IMG/VR virus record: IMGVR_UViG_3300028549_003662
Location: 64,001 to 128,000 of that record
Reading direction: 5' to 3' (one strand)
Origin: a virus
DNA: 64,000 bases
Position numbers and translations under genes: made by a program. The notes under the pieces were generated by a model, which was given only the letters and a program-made list of their open reading frames with translations, was not told the origin of the DNA and did not search any database. Of the stretch, positions 35,377 through 45,657 are shown in pieces (position 1 is the stretch's first letter; each line of letters begins with the position of its first letter).

Positions 35377-35955
35377 TTACAGCAACAGCTTGGAGTTGTC
35401 GATGAGAACTTCTTCCGTACCGGAAACGACGTCCAGCACCTGCGTGGTGACGTCGATGGCAGGGTAGGCGTCTTCGACCACAACATTGTACTGCACCGTC
35501 CCTGTGGTGCTCTCGGTGATTGTCAGCCTGTAATTTCCAGTGGCTCCGCTTTCCGTGATAACGGTACCCGCTGGAACATCCGCGCGCAGCGGCAGCGCCA
35601 GGTCGAGATGGCCGTCACCGTTGACATCGAGATCCAGAGCAAGGACGGCGTAAGCGGACCCTGCGAGGTTGATGATATCGCCGGTGCTGATCTCCTTGCC
35701 GGGGTCATGGATGCCGATGCGTTCCGCCTTTGCAAAGCCCTGCACGGAAACGCTGGGGGACTGCGTGTACCCGCCGATGACAGCAACCGTGAACTCGTCG
35801 ATCTCGACGTTGGCGGTGATGTCCGTCGGGGGCTGCAGTTCACCGGCCGCGTTGAGGACGCAGCGCGTCACGCGAAAGTCGGTGAGGCCGTATTGGCGCG
35901 GCCGGGTGTTCAGGGATATCGGAAAGGGGATGCCCTTGCGCTTGCTCTCAGCCAT
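35377..35955 (-). CDS. Putative virion protein
   Basis: AGGAG RBS; beta-rich. Confidence 0.7.
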   Translation of the reverse strand: MAESKRKGIPFPISLNTRPRQYGLTDFRVTRCVLNAAGELQPPTDITANVEIDEFTVAVIGGYTQSPSVSVQGFAKAERIGIHDPGKEISTGDIINLAGSAYAVLALDLDVNGDGHLDLALPLRADVPAGTVITESGATGNYRLTITESTTGTVQYNVVVEDAYPAIDVTTQVLDVVSGTEEVLIDNSKLLL

Positions 35956-35965
35956 GTCAGGTCTC

Positions 35966-36313
35966 CTACAGATTGTGCAAGCCTTCGAGCACTATGGCAG
36001 TGCCCGCAACAGGCGTGCTGACTTCAGTCCCGAAGTAGAGGTGCAACGCGAATGGCCAGCGCCCCAAGGGAAGGACTTTGGTTTCAGCAGAGGACATTCT
36101 GAAGGCGACAATACCTTTAGCGAGATCGCTGTCAGGATCGTTGTTCGCTGCCACGACATCGAAGTCACTTTCATCAGTACGTAGCGTGAGTTCTATTTTG
36201 TCGAATGTACTGAGGTCGTACGGAACGCTGTCGAGATCGGCTCCGATCTCGAAGCACTGAAGGGTGTAGTCGCCTTTCACGATTGTGATTCGCGATTTCA
36301 AAGGGCGTGCCAC
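35966..36313 (-). CDS. BppU N-terminal-like baseplate protein
   Basis: PYDLS...D.AKG.V.F..S..ET..L..G pattern. Confidence 0.55.
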   Translation of the reverse strand: MARPLKSRITIVKGDYTLQCFEIGADLDSVPYDLSTFDKIELTLRTDESDFDVVAANNDPDSDLAKGIVAFRMSSAETKVLPLGRWPFALHLYFGTEVSTPVAGTAIVLEGLHNL

Positions 36314-36362
36314 GTTCCAACCTCCATGATTTAGGCTGTTATGGCGCACAACAAAAGCGAAG

Positions 36363-36887
36363 TCAACGGTGGTCTTTCACCCTTTTCGATACCTTATTGA
36401 ATTCTCCGATGATCTTGATGGACTCTATGACGGGGAGGTTGCCCTGGCGCAGAGGTAGCATCACCGAAGCACCTTCGCGTTTTCCGGCAATGACTTGGAT
36501 GGTGCCATCAAGTGTTGTCGTGATTACGTACAAATTGTGGCCGAGCGCGAACATGTCACCCTGCTGCAGTACAGCGAGAGTTTTAGGATCGCGGAGCTCG
36601 TAACGGATGCTTTCAGGGTCGCTGTCGTAGTAGAAGAGCTTCGTCACCTTCGGGTACCCGACCACTACAGTCCCGCCCTCAGCGCCGACTAGCGCGACGA
36701 GATAGCAGTCTTTGTTCGGTGCCGTGACATCGAAGGTGTAGAGACCATCCCTGATGTGCGGCATCACGCCGCTCGCGTACACGCCGCCATCCTGGTTGAA
36801 GATCGTAATGAGCGGCGTCAGGGTCTGATCTTGCTCATGCGCCTTGTAGGTGATGACGAAGGCTTCCTTTTTGTTGACGAACCGCAT
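36363..36887 (-). CDS. Putative virion protein
   Basis: Operon packing; beta-rich. Confidence 0.65.
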   Translation of the reverse strand: MRFVNKKEAFVITYKAHEQDQTLTPLITIFNQDGGVYASGVMPHIRDGLYTFDVTAPNKDCYLVALVGAEGGTVVVGYPKVTKLFYYDSDPESIRYELRDPKTLAVLQQGDMFALGHNLYVITTTLDGTIQVIAGKREGASVMLPLRQGNLPVIESIKIIGEFNKVSKRVKDHR

Positions 36888-37198
36888 TACTTCGCGACCT
36901 CCTGGCCGGTGAGCGTGAACACGACGGCGCCGTTCTGAGATTCCACGTGCACGCTTTCACCGGCGTCGAGATGTAGCGGCGTGAAGGTGAACGTATCGTT
37001 GCACGGGATCTTCAACTTGCTGTAAATCTCGGTGTCGGTGATATCGGTCTCACCCGCTTTGAGGATGTAGACGTAGATGTAGTCGACAGCGGTCTCTGAT
37101 TTGTTGCACGCCCAGCCCGTGAGGTAGCACTCCTTTCCTTGCTGGACCTGCGCGAGTACTCCGACGGTTGCGGCAACGGGTTTCAGTCTGTAGATCAT
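36887..37198 (-). CDS. Putative virion protein
   Basis: Coupled on both sides. Confidence 0.65.
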   Translation of the reverse strand: MIYRLKPVAATVGVLAQVQQGKECYLTGWACNKSETAVDYIYVYILKAGETDITDTEIYSKLKIPCNDTFTFTPLHLDAGESVHVESQNGAVVFTLTGQEVAK

Positions 37199-39981
37199 GG
37201 CGTCCCCATCATGAGCGGGTTGATGTACGGTCGTGTGGTGACAACACCGTCACCGGCAACGAGGAGCCGCGGCCCCTCCCAGGTGAGGTCATCAGGGGTG
37301 TCAGCGAGGTCAGTGAACAACGCCGCCCCCAGGGCCTGTTGCGCAGCTTGGCCGGAAACAATGATGCGAAGAGTGCGCGTGCCGGCGGCGTTGTTGACGA
37401 GCTTCCACGCCTTCGACTCCTCCACCCAGGTGAGGGAGAAGTCATCGGGGCTGAGCATCTTCCACGCCTGCAGGCGATCCCCGGCGTATACCGTGGCTGG
37501 GGTGTAGATGCGCGCCACCTCACCCTTGTAGGCGTCCGTGGGGGTGAGGCCAGAAGCTGCGCTCATCTGCGAGATAGCCCAGATGTTCATCGCCGTGCTG
37601 GCGATGCCGTCGAGCTTCCAGTCAGGAATGGCGGCGATCTGGTCTTCAGGGATGCCGAGATCCCAGAGGCTCTCTATGGGCTGCGCGGCGCTAACTGCTG
37701 TGAACGCTCCGGCGGTGAAGTCGTAGACGTACAGCACACCGGCGCTCTCGATGAGGAAGCGCGAGACGTTCGCGCACACCGCCTGCTTCTGCGTGACAGT
37801 GATGCTCTTCACTTGCGGCCACGTAAGGTTGCTGAACATCGCGGCGAGCTTGTAGGTGTAGAAGTGGCGTGCATCATAGGCGCTCTGCCGCGCTGTCGTC
37901 TCCAGGTTGCGCATGTTGTCGAAGGCGGTTGCACCGGGGTTGGCCACCCGCGCGGAGAACGCTGTGTCGACCATGAACGCTCCCGTCGTGGGGATCTGCG
38001 AGGAGCCGTTTCCGATGGCGCCAGGGATAGCGGCGTTGCGGTCGATGAAGCTCGTGTTGGAGGACTCCGCGTGGTAGACGTTCACGGCGCTGCCATTGCA
38101 GTATCCCGTGAGCTGCTTATTGTCGTGCACGCCTGCCACCCAGCGCCCCCAGATGGCGTAGATGGCCGCGAACACCCAGGAGCCTTCCGGGTAGTAGATG
38201 TACTTCCACGTGCGGCCGCAGTTGAACCCGACGTAGTTCTTGGCCAGATACGCCGCGCAGTTCTGGTACCAGCCACCGGCCGCAGCGATGTACCCCTGCG
38301 AGCAGTACGGCGTGATGATTGCCGGGTACCCGCTCACCCACTTGAAGAGCCCCCCAACGGCACGGTTGGCGTACCTCAGATCGGAGTAGACGCCGCCCTG
38401 CGAGGCCTCGAAGACCCAGGAGTCGCTGATGCGCAGATGCGACGTGCCGCTCATATACAGCGCGGGGCCGACGAACCCAGGGACGATTGTCTTAGCACCT
38501 CTGTTCACGAATGTGTAATGGCCCAGCTTGTCAGTGAGGCTGCCGTTCTCCAGCGTAAGCAGGGAGTGTAAGCTCGTGTACGCCGTATTGATGTTCTTGG
38601 CCGCAGCGATGAACTGCATCAGCGCGTTCGTCGGTGCGCCCAGGCTGGCTTCGAGCGCGCCATCCACAGACACCCAATCCGCAGGCGCGGTAACGGTGTA
38701 CAACGCTTCCGCTGATGTCTCCAGGCGCTCGTATACCTGCAGCGTGGTCTGCTTTGGCGCGCGCACGGTGAGTTCACCACCGGCGGGGACGTCCTCAAAC
38801 ACCAGCGCATCGCTGCTGCAGCAGATGTCGTCGCGCCCGCTCCCCACAACAACCAGGATGTTCTTCGTGGCTGCGGCGGTGCTGGTGAAGGTCCACTTCC
38901 CGTCCTGCGTGTTCAGCGTGATGTCGACGTAGTTGACCTGCGTGTACCCGCCGCCGCTCTGCCCCTGCAGGTGCAGGTAGCCGTCGAAGGAAGGTGTCGC
39001 CACACCGTTCACAGAAGTCAATGCGACGATGAGCCCGATGGTGTGCCCGACGAGCGCATCAAGCTGCGCGCTGGACAACGCGCTCAGTTCCGCAGGCGTG
39101 CTTCCGTTGGCGACGACATCGGCTGCTGTGTTGGCGGCCGCAGGCACGAACGTATTGGCGGTGACGTGATGCGGGACGCCGTCCACGATCAGCATGGCGC
39201 GCACAGCGGTGTTCGCGGGAATGTTGCATATGAGGTCGATGCCGGTGACGATGTTCCACCCCGCAAGGTCGAGCATGGCGTCCGCGCGCATCGTGCACGT
39301 CACGCCCGCAGCAGGGGCCGCGAGTGCATACACATCGCTGCCGGCTTCCTCGACAACAATGATCCCGCCAGCGGGTTCCATCACCCACTGACCTGGCGCG
39401 ATAGGGCTAGTATCGTTCCTGGGGATGATCTCGTACACGGTGACGACGTCGTTGTTCGCGGCGTCGTAGCTGACCGGCGTGTTCGGAGCCAACTCCATGA
39501 CCAGCATCCTGCAGGCCGACCTGCCGATTGATGGCGCCACGAACTCAAGCCCAGTCTCGGTCTTGTTCACCTGCAGGAAGCTGTAGGCGTTGTTCTCGTA
39601 GGAGTCCGGGGTGTCGAAGAGCCCGCCGAAGGTCTGGTAGGTGGTGAGGCGCTCCCACAGCCAGTTGATCTCGTCAACAGCAGTGAGCGACCCCAGGCCC
39701 TTGTAGGTGGCCTTAACCAGCGCGCCTTCCTGTGAGGTGTGGAAGAACACGCGGCCAGTGGTGTAGTTGACACGGAACTGGTAGCCTGTCGGGGCCGCGT
39801 AGACCTCTGTGTAGCCGGGGATGATGACGCTCTGCGTCGACGTCGAGGACTGCGGAACCTCGCGGAGCTTGATGTAGCCGTCGGCGACATGATGGGCTTC
39901 GCCGGATATTTGTGTGGGTGTGACCGCACCCAGGATATCCCTGCGCGCACCGACAACCGGGAAGGATGGTTTGTACAGCAT
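37195..39981 (-). CDS. Large virion/tail protein with possible lectin-like central domain
   Basis: 929 aa; FRVNY.TG.V.F, L.DTPDSY repeats; aromatic-rich central region. Confidence 0.7.
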   Translation of the reverse strand: MLYKPSFPVVGARRDILGAVTPTQISGEAHHVADGYIKLREVPQSSTSTQSVIIPGYTEVYAAPTGYQFRVNYTTGRVFFHTSQEGALVKATYKGLGSLTAVDEINWLWERLTTYQTFGGLFDTPDSYENNAYSFLQVNKTETGLEFVAPSIGRSACRMLVMELAPNTPVSYDAANNDVVTVYEIIPRNDTSPIAPGQWVMEPAGGIIVVEEAGSDVYALAAPAAGVTCTMRADAMLDLAGWNIVTGIDLICNIPANTAVRAMLIVDGVPHHVTANTFVPAAANTAADVVANGSTPAELSALSSAQLDALVGHTIGLIVALTSVNGVATPSFDGYLHLQGQSGGGYTQVNYVDITLNTQDGKWTFTSTAAATKNILVVVGSGRDDICCSSDALVFEDVPAGGELTVRAPKQTTLQVYERLETSAEALYTVTAPADWVSVDGALEASLGAPTNALMQFIAAAKNINTAYTSLHSLLTLENGSLTDKLGHYTFVNRGAKTIVPGFVGPALYMSGTSHLRISDSWVFEASQGGVYSDLRYANRAVGGLFKWVSGYPAIITPYCSQGYIAAAGGWYQNCAAYLAKNYVGFNCGRTWKYIYYPEGSWVFAAIYAIWGRWVAGVHDNKQLTGYCNGSAVNVYHAESSNTSFIDRNAAIPGAIGNGSSQIPTTGAFMVDTAFSARVANPGATAFDNMRNLETTARQSAYDARHFYTYKLAAMFSNLTWPQVKSITVTQKQAVCANVSRFLIESAGVLYVYDFTAGAFTAVSAAQPIESLWDLGIPEDQIAAIPDWKLDGIASTAMNIWAISQMSAASGLTPTDAYKGEVARIYTPATVYAGDRLQAWKMLSPDDFSLTWVEESKAWKLVNNAAGTRTLRIIVSGQAAQQALGAALFTDLADTPDDLTWEGPRLLVAGDGVVTTRPYINPLMMGTP

Positions 39982-39989
39982 GTATCCCC

Positions 39990-41633
39990 CTAGCCGTTGA
40001 GGTAGCGCAGTCTGAAGGTGCGGTAAGCGCTGAAGAAGCAACCAGAAAAGGAGTCCAGGATGTCGTCGAATGGCGAGCGCGGCCAGTCTTCGAGTTCGTC
40101 GTAGAACCCCTTGAAGCGTCTTCTATCCTCTGGCAGGCGGATAGTCCAGTTGTCAAGATAAGGTTCGAGCATCGCAATGCGCTCTTCCTTCGGGACGCTG
40201 TTCTGCACGCTGCGCGGAACCAGCGTTGTGATGCCGTGCGACTTCAGGTAGGCGCGCAGCGGGGTAATGTAGAATTCGTCGCCACGGTCTTCAATGGTGA
40301 GGCGGTGCACCTTGGCCAGCTTGTCCCACTTCTCCACGACCTTCCTGACCTGCTCGAACTGCTGGCTCTGCCGGTACTGCCCGTACACGCAGTCCACGAG
40401 GAAGAACTGCTTGTTGTCGAGCTTGGCGATGACAGTGATGGCGAAGCGGTCGCTGTCGCCGGTGCGGCGCGTAGCGGCCTTGGTGAGAGACTTTCCGCCG
40501 GTTGGGTCGACGTAGATGTAGATGAGGGGGTTGTAGCGCAGCAGTGTATCGTACTCGGCCTCGGTGTAGTAGCTGTACTGCGCGGGCTTGAAGTAGGCGT
40601 CCTCTTCCTCAACAATCTGGTTCTGCTTCTCCAGCAGGAACGAGCGGCGGCCTTCGAGGTAGTACTCCTTCATCAGGTCTTTGACCGAGTACACCTCTGG
40701 CCAGTTCGACACGCCCCCAATGGCCATCTCGGCTTCGTTGGCATCGTAGAACTCTTCTGCGGCCTCAACGTGCCCTGGCGACATGCGGTCCTTGAGGATC
40801 TCGCCGTAGGTGTCCCAGAGATCCATGCGCTCCGGGAACACCTCAAGGGCCTTGAAGATCTTGCCATCCCAGGCCGCGAAGTCGTCGCTGTTCAAGAGCT
40901 TGTAGCAGAGCGCGGTCTTGCCCAACACGGTCCCGACGACGAAGATGTCAGTGAACTTGTGGCCGCACTTCAAGATGTCGCGTGTGAAGCGCTCTTCGAC
41001 GTCTGCGGAGATCGTCGGGCTGTTCACGCTCTCGATGGAGTCCGGGTCGTCAATGATGATGAGGTCAGGGCGCCTGTTCTTGTAGCGGATACCGCGGATG
41101 CTCGACGTCATGCCCGCCACTGCGATGCAGACATCGTTCTTCGTCACGATCATGTCGCGCCGCCACAAGGAGCCCACACCGGCTGCTTCAGGGAAGAAGC
41201 GGTGCACGTCGTCGTTCTCCTCCAAGATGGTCTTGATGGTGAACAACCTGGCTTCGGCCTGGGCGGACGTATCGGAGATGATGAGGATGAACTTGTAGCG
41301 CTTCTGGATGGGAAGGTACTTGTTTCTGCAGACAATCCAGAGCGTGCCGCCCTCGGTGATCGTCGTGGACTTGCCCCAGCCGCGCGGGCCGCCAGCGACT
41401 TTACGGCGGCCCGTCAACTGATTGCGCTCCACAACGCTCGTGAGGTAGTTGTGGAATTCGGAGAGCGGGTTGAAAAAGGACTCAGGCAGGATGGTGCGCG
41501 CGAACGCTTCGAATCTACTCGCGCAGGCCTCAGCCACCATCTCTGGCGAGAGGTTGGACAGCAGAAGTTCCCTCTGGCGCTCCCAAGAATCCCTGTCCAG
41601 ATAGCAAGTCGGCGAGAGTACGTCTTGATTCAT
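39990..41633 (-). CDS. terL: Terminase large subunit
   Basis: Walker A GPRGWGKST, IRG...RPDLIIIDDPD, VGT, nuclease YVDP...D...DDILDS; start may be ATG 41540. Confidence 0.92.
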   Translation of the reverse strand: MNQDVLSPTCYLDRDSWERQRELLLSNLSPEMVAEACASRFEAFARTILPESFFNPLSEFHNYLTSVVERNQLTGRRKVAGGPRGWGKSTTITEGGTLWIVCRNKYLPIQKRYKFILIISDTSAQAEARLFTIKTILEENDDVHRFFPEAAGVGSLWRRDMIVTKNDVCIAVAGMTSSIRGIRYKNRRPDLIIIDDPDSIESVNSPTISADVEERFTRDILKCGHKFTDIFVVGTVLGKTALCYKLLNSDDFAAWDGKIFKALEVFPERMDLWDTYGEILKDRMSPGHVEAAEEFYDANEAEMAIGGVSNWPEVYSVKDLMKEYYLEGRRSFLLEKQNQIVEEEDAYFKPAQYSYYTEAEYDTLLRYNPLIYIYVDPTGGKSLTKAATRRTGDSDRFAITVIAKLDNKQFFLVDCVYGQYRQSQQFEQVRKVVEKWDKLAKVHRLTIEDRGDEFYITPLRAYLKSHGITTLVPRSVQNSVPKEERIAMLEPYLDNWTIRLPEDRRRFKGFYDELEDWPRSPFDDILDSFSGCFFSAYRTFRLRYLNG

Positions 41634-41982
41634 TTGTGAGCACCAGTGTCTGATTGGTTGTGGTTGTGTTCGACACAGGCTGGCTCAGCTTGCCGCCCTG
41701 CAACTCGAAGTTCATACGAATGGCGTCAAGCTGCAACCGCATGAGGAGGATCTGGTTCTTCTGGAAGGACAGCGCGATCTGCGGCTTTTCCTTCAGATTG
41801 AGATCGTGGCCGTTCTGCGCGTCCCGAATGCCTTTGTTGATGCAGACGATGAGCTTCTTGATTTCGTGGTCCAGCGGTACCGCTTTAGGGGCGCACACCG
41901 CAGGAAGCGTTCCCGGCGCACCATCAGGTAGCGTGTCTGCATCAGTGAACGGAGAGAGTGTCGGATCGAAGTCGTCGTTCAT
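41530..41982 (-). CDS. Putative terminase small subunit
   Basis: Position directly upstream of terL; helical core. Confidence 0.45.
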   Translation of the reverse strand: MNDDFDPTLSPFTDADTLPDGAPGTLPAVCAPKAVPLDHEIKKLIVCINKGIRDAQNGHDLNLKEKPQIALSFQKNQILLMRLQLDAIRMNFELQGGKLSQPVSNTTTTNQTLVLTNESRRTLADLLSGQGFLGAPEGTSAVQPLARDGG

Positions 41983-41987
41983 GCCTA

Positions 41988-42713
41988 CTACAGCCCCTCG
42001 TGCACGATCATAAGTTGCTCAGCCAGCGTGAAGTCGTAAATGGCGTCATCGCGAAATGCAACGCCGTACCGGATGACATACTTACTCATCTTCGTGGGAA
42101 GTTCAATAGGCACGTGCCCGGCCCAGAAGAAGTGCTCTCCAAGTTCGTTCACGAGGATCTGGAAGTCCACAAAGCCAGCGCGCTCGAATGCACGCTGCAG
42201 CACAAGTCCTGTTGCGGTGCCGTAGCTCATGGCGTCAATGAAGCCGGAGACGTACTTCGTGGACTTCTCCGCGAGCAGCTTGATGAACTCCTCGATGGTG
42301 ATACCGCTCTCCAGGGCGTCGAAGCGGCTCATCGCCAAAAGGTCAACGACGATGTGCTCCACCGGAGCGCACTCGCGCAGGTAGGCGAAGGCGTCCCCAA
42401 TGATGACGTTCTTCCCCCACACGTTGCGTCGACGCGGGCAGAAGCGCTCGCAAGCGTTCACGACCATCTCGTCGATCTCCACCATCTTCCAGTCCGTGAT
42501 GCCGTGGCGGACGAGAACCTCAACCGCTGTGAGGTCGCCACCGCCGAGGATGAGGGTGCTCCACCCGTGGTTGGGTCCGAGCATCATCTCGTAGTACTCG
42601 TTGTTCGGCAGCGCGGACTGCGGGTACCCGTCAAGGATGAGCTCCACGAGCGCGCCCTTGCGGTAGATCATGATGTGCTGAAACGGGGTGATGTCTGAGT
42701 AGATGACTTCCAC
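41988..42713 (-). CDS. speE: Spermidine synthase-like aminopropyltransferase
   Basis: TPFQHI, LILDG..Q, YYEMM, LILGGGD, MVEIDEMVV, GDAFAYL, IVVDL. Confidence 0.82.
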   Translation of the reverse strand: MEVIYSDITPFQHIMIYRKGALVELILDGYPQSALPNNEYYEMMLGPNHGWSTLILGGGDLTAVEVLVRHGITDWKMVEIDEMVVNACERFCPRRRNVWGKNVIIGDAFAYLRECAPVEHIVVDLLAMSRFDALESGITIEEFIKLLAEKSTKYVSGFIDAMSYGTATGLVLQRAFERAGFVDFQILVNELGEHFFWAGHVPIELPTKMSKYVIRYGVAFRDDAIYDFTLAEQLMIVHEGL

Positions 42714-42715
42714 AG

Positions 42716-43552
42716 CTAAAGCTCCTGATAGGTGGTGCCATACGCGCGGATGCTGTAGGGCGAGGTGTTCTGAATGCGGGTATCTGACCCCGCGTCGTAG
42801 AAGGCGTAGCGGATGTGGTCGGCGGCGATGTCAACCAGGGACACGTACTTCCCGGTGCCGGACATACCGGCCATGCTGATAGTCGCGACGGGCTTCTTGG
42901 TCAGCGGCACCGTGATGGGGATGCGGTAGGTGACGTCGCCGGGCTCGAACACCGGGGCGCCGAAGCCGTAGTGGTTCACGCCATCGTAGAGCAGCATGAC
43001 GGCAGCGTTGCCGAGCTCGTCGCGGTCTCCCTGGTGGACACCGGTGGGGTTCGTCAGCGCTGCAGCAGGGATGCCGCGCACGCAGTCGATGTTGTGGAAG
43101 ACGTCGAGCAGCACGATGCCGTCCTGCGCCATCACGCCAATTATGTCGCGCGGATCTCCTGTTGCCGCATACCCGGCAAGTGTCGCGTACACGAACTGCC
43201 CCGGCGTGAGGGTGGCGTACAGCGTGCGCGACCACCCATAAACGGTCTGGGTGAGGAAGTCCGACGTGTTGGTGGCGACGTCGTGGCGCTGCGCGGCGAG
43301 CACAGCGGTGGGGTGCGCCATAACGATTGCAGGGACGAACCCGTCGTCGGAGGGCTGCAGGTGCATGCCTACGAGGCCAATCGTCGGTACGAAGTCCAAC
43401 GGCTGGTCGAACACTCCGCACACCACGTTCAGCGCCGCCATAGACAGGCTGTAGGCGGTGAAGTCGAAGAATGCGGACGCACCATCGTCGAAAGAGAACT
43501 CATCACCGTCAGGTACGCTGATGAGCACACCGGCTGTGTAAGATGCGCTCAT
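42716..43552 (-). CDS. Putative virion protein
   Basis: LTPGQFVY....G module; in the tail-gene run. Confidence 0.65.
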   Translation of the reverse strand: MSASYTAGVLISVPDGDEFSFDDGASAFFDFTAYSLSMAALNVVCGVFDQPLDFVPTIGLVGMHLQPSDDGFVPAIVMAHPTAVLAAQRHDVATNTSDFLTQTVYGWSRTLYATLTPGQFVYATLAGYAATGDPRDIIGVMAQDGIVLLDVFHNIDCVRGIPAAALTNPTGVHQGDRDELGNAAVMLLYDGVNHYGFGAPVFEPGDVTYRIPITVPLTKKPVATISMAGMSGTGKYVSLVDIAADHIRYAFYDAGSDTRIQNTSPYSIRAYGTTYQEL

Positions 43553-43553
43553 G

Positions 43554-44507
43554 CTACCCCTCCGTAAGCACGCCAGCTATGGCGACGTGCACTTGCTTCA
43601 CACCCTGGCCCTGCCACGACCCGGCGCCCAATGTGAGCGTCACGATCTGGCCTTGCACATCGCAGGCGATACGAATTCCGGTGCCCCCGTCTTCGGCGGC
43701 GTCCACAATGGAAGCGCTACCGCCCGCTGTAGCGTACCCGCGCTCCAGGTGCAGTGTCATCACCGCACCGGAAGTTCCCTGCACGACATAGCCGCCGGAG
43801 ACTTCGAAGTTGACCGCGCTCTCACAGGAGCCCTGGCCGGTGTTCACACCCGGTGCCGCCACATTGTAGAGCTCAGGGTGGTCTTCGTCGTAGGTTCCGA
43901 GGTAGGTGAAGAAGAGGTGGCTCTCGCTGTACGCGGCCGGACCTGGCTGCACGTCGGCAACCATCGCTGTTGCGGCTATGGGGCCGTGCGCGCGCACATC
44001 GTTCCGCGTGTATGCCGATGACGCCGCGAGGAGATGCTCCCCGAAGTAGCGCAGCAACACCCGCAGCATGCGGGTGCGGGCGACACCAACGACGACGCCA
44101 ACCCAGCGGTCGTACGCGGCCGCGGTGCCGCTGGTGAGTTCCACCATGCCGTCCGTGGTGAGCACGGCGAGCTTCCCTACGTCGGCTGCCGTAACGGCGT
44201 GGTTGCACTCGATGACAGCGCCGCCATAGAGCTTCGTGAGCGTGTAGGCGTTCGCGCTGGTGTGCCCGACAGCGACACCAGCGATTCCGATGCCCTGGAC
44301 GTCCTGGCGCACGCGGTACTGCGTGCCGTCGCGCCCCCATGTGAGCACGCGATTTGGGCGCGCGCCCCCTATGGTGAGCAGCGCCGCCACAGCGGGAGAC
44401 AGCGCGTCGTTGACGAGGCGCATGTTGTCGTTCACCGTGGGGAGCCAGAATACGGAGTCGTCACCTATTGTGGTGAGCCGAGATGGCCATAGTATGCCGA
44501 AGCTCAT
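43554..44507 (-). CDS. Putative virion protein
   Basis: N-terminus L.TIG....W...VN.N.R..D shared with 44504-45337. Confidence 0.7.
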   Translation of the reverse strand: MSFGILWPSRLTTIGDDSVFWLPTVNDNMRLVNDALSPAVAALLTIGGARPNRVLTWGRDGTQYRVRQDVQGIGIAGVAVGHTSANAYTLTKLYGGAVIECNHAVTAADVGKLAVLTTDGMVELTSGTAAAYDRWVGVVVGVARTRMLRVLLRYFGEHLLAASSAYTRNDVRAHGPIAATAMVADVQPGPAAYSESHLFFTYLGTYDEDHPELYNVAAPGVNTGQGSCESAVNFEVSGGYVVQGTSGAVMTLHLERGYATAGGSASIVDAAEDGGTGIRIACDVQGQIVTLTLGAGSWQGQGVKQVHVAIAGVLTEG

Positions 44508-45337
44508 GCCGCAGCTCCTTTGGCAACCATGTGGAGATCGCCGGAGACGCTGCTGAAGTTCATCGCCGCGCCGGTGGCGGCGTAGAGTTTCGCCGTGACG
44601 AACGCCGGGGTGACGTACTTGTTCAGGATGCAGCGCTTGTTGTAGCCGTGCGCGAATTCCACATTGGGGAGCCCGTCGTAGGGATGGAAGAACGTGAAGC
44701 GCATTTTGTTGCCGGACACACTGATCGAGGAGACGTTGTTGGCGCTTTCGCGGGAGTACCCGATAACGCTCAGGCCCCCTACGGTGGCGACAGCCATGCT
44801 GAGCAGGTAGGGCTTCCGCGACACCGCTGTCGGCGCGCAGCAGATGACACCCTCGGCCGCAACTGCCGGGGCATCGGCCAGGGCGCCGTGCCAGCCCTTG
44901 GCGCGCACAGCCACCACACAACTTGTGCTTCCGACTTCCACGCACGTTCCGACGATGCGGCTGTGTGAGAAGTCACCAGTGATGGCACCGGCTGGAGTCA
45001 GCCCCTGCGCGTAGCCGTCATCGCGCGCGTACACGAAGTCCCCCACCATAGCGGGGTTGGTGAGCGTCACCGACACGTTGCCTGCGAGGACCACGAGCGC
45101 GTGCGCATCCACGACAGAAGCTACGACTCCGAGGAACTCCCCGGCGACACAGCCCGGAACCGCCTGCCCGCCGACATAGCTCACAACCATGCCTGCAGCT
45201 ACGTCACTGCGCGCGGGCAACCGCACACCCTGGCCGACGAGGTTCTCGTCGATGTGCCGCAGGTTGCGGTTGACGAGCTGATGCCACAGCAGGTCAAGAT
45301 GGCCAATCGTGGCTAGCTTTGTGCGGTCCAGTATCAT
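44504..45337 (-). CDS. Putative virion protein
   Basis: Paralogous N-terminus; GDFVYARDDG module. Confidence 0.7.
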   Translation of the reverse strand: MILDRTKLATIGHLDLLWHQLVNRNLRHIDENLVGQGVRLPARSDVAAGMVVSYVGGQAVPGCVAGEFLGVVASVVDAHALVVLAGNVSVTLTNPAMVGDFVYARDDGYAQGLTPAGAITGDFSHSRIVGTCVEVGSTSCVVAVRAKGWHGALADAPAVAAEGVICCAPTAVSRKPYLLSMAVATVGGLSVIGYSRESANNVSSISVSGNKMRFTFFHPYDGLPNVEFAHGYNKRCILNKYVTPAFVTAKLYAATGAAMNFSSVSGDLHMVAKGAAA

Positions 45338-45657
45338 CGTCCGAGCTCCTCGTCAGTGTACATCGGCGTGAGGTCGATGTCGATTGGGATGGCTTTGTAG
45401 AGTGTGTGCGCGGCGTTCAGCGCCGTGACGCGCAGCAAGTCTTCCGGCAGCGCGCTCTTGCGGAGCAGCTTGGCCCGCGCCGTGCCCTGCAGGGACAGCG
45501 AAAAGCCATTGGTCTCGGCTTGGTTCTTGAACACGACAACCGTGCTGTGCACGAGCCCCTTCTTGATGCGGCCGATGAGGCGCATCTGCCGCAGCGTGAG
45601 GAGATCCTGCACGCTAATCATGTGGAAGGCTTTGATGGAATGCTGGCCATTAGCCAT
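45334..45657 (-). CDS. Hypothetical protein
   Basis: GGAG RBS at MANGQHS. Confidence 0.6.
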   Translation of the reverse strand: MANGQHSIKAFHMISVQDLLTLRQMRLIGRIKKGLVHSTVVVFKNQAETNGFSLSLQGTARAKLLRKSALPEDLLRVTALNAAHTLYKAIPIDIDLTPMYTDEELGR

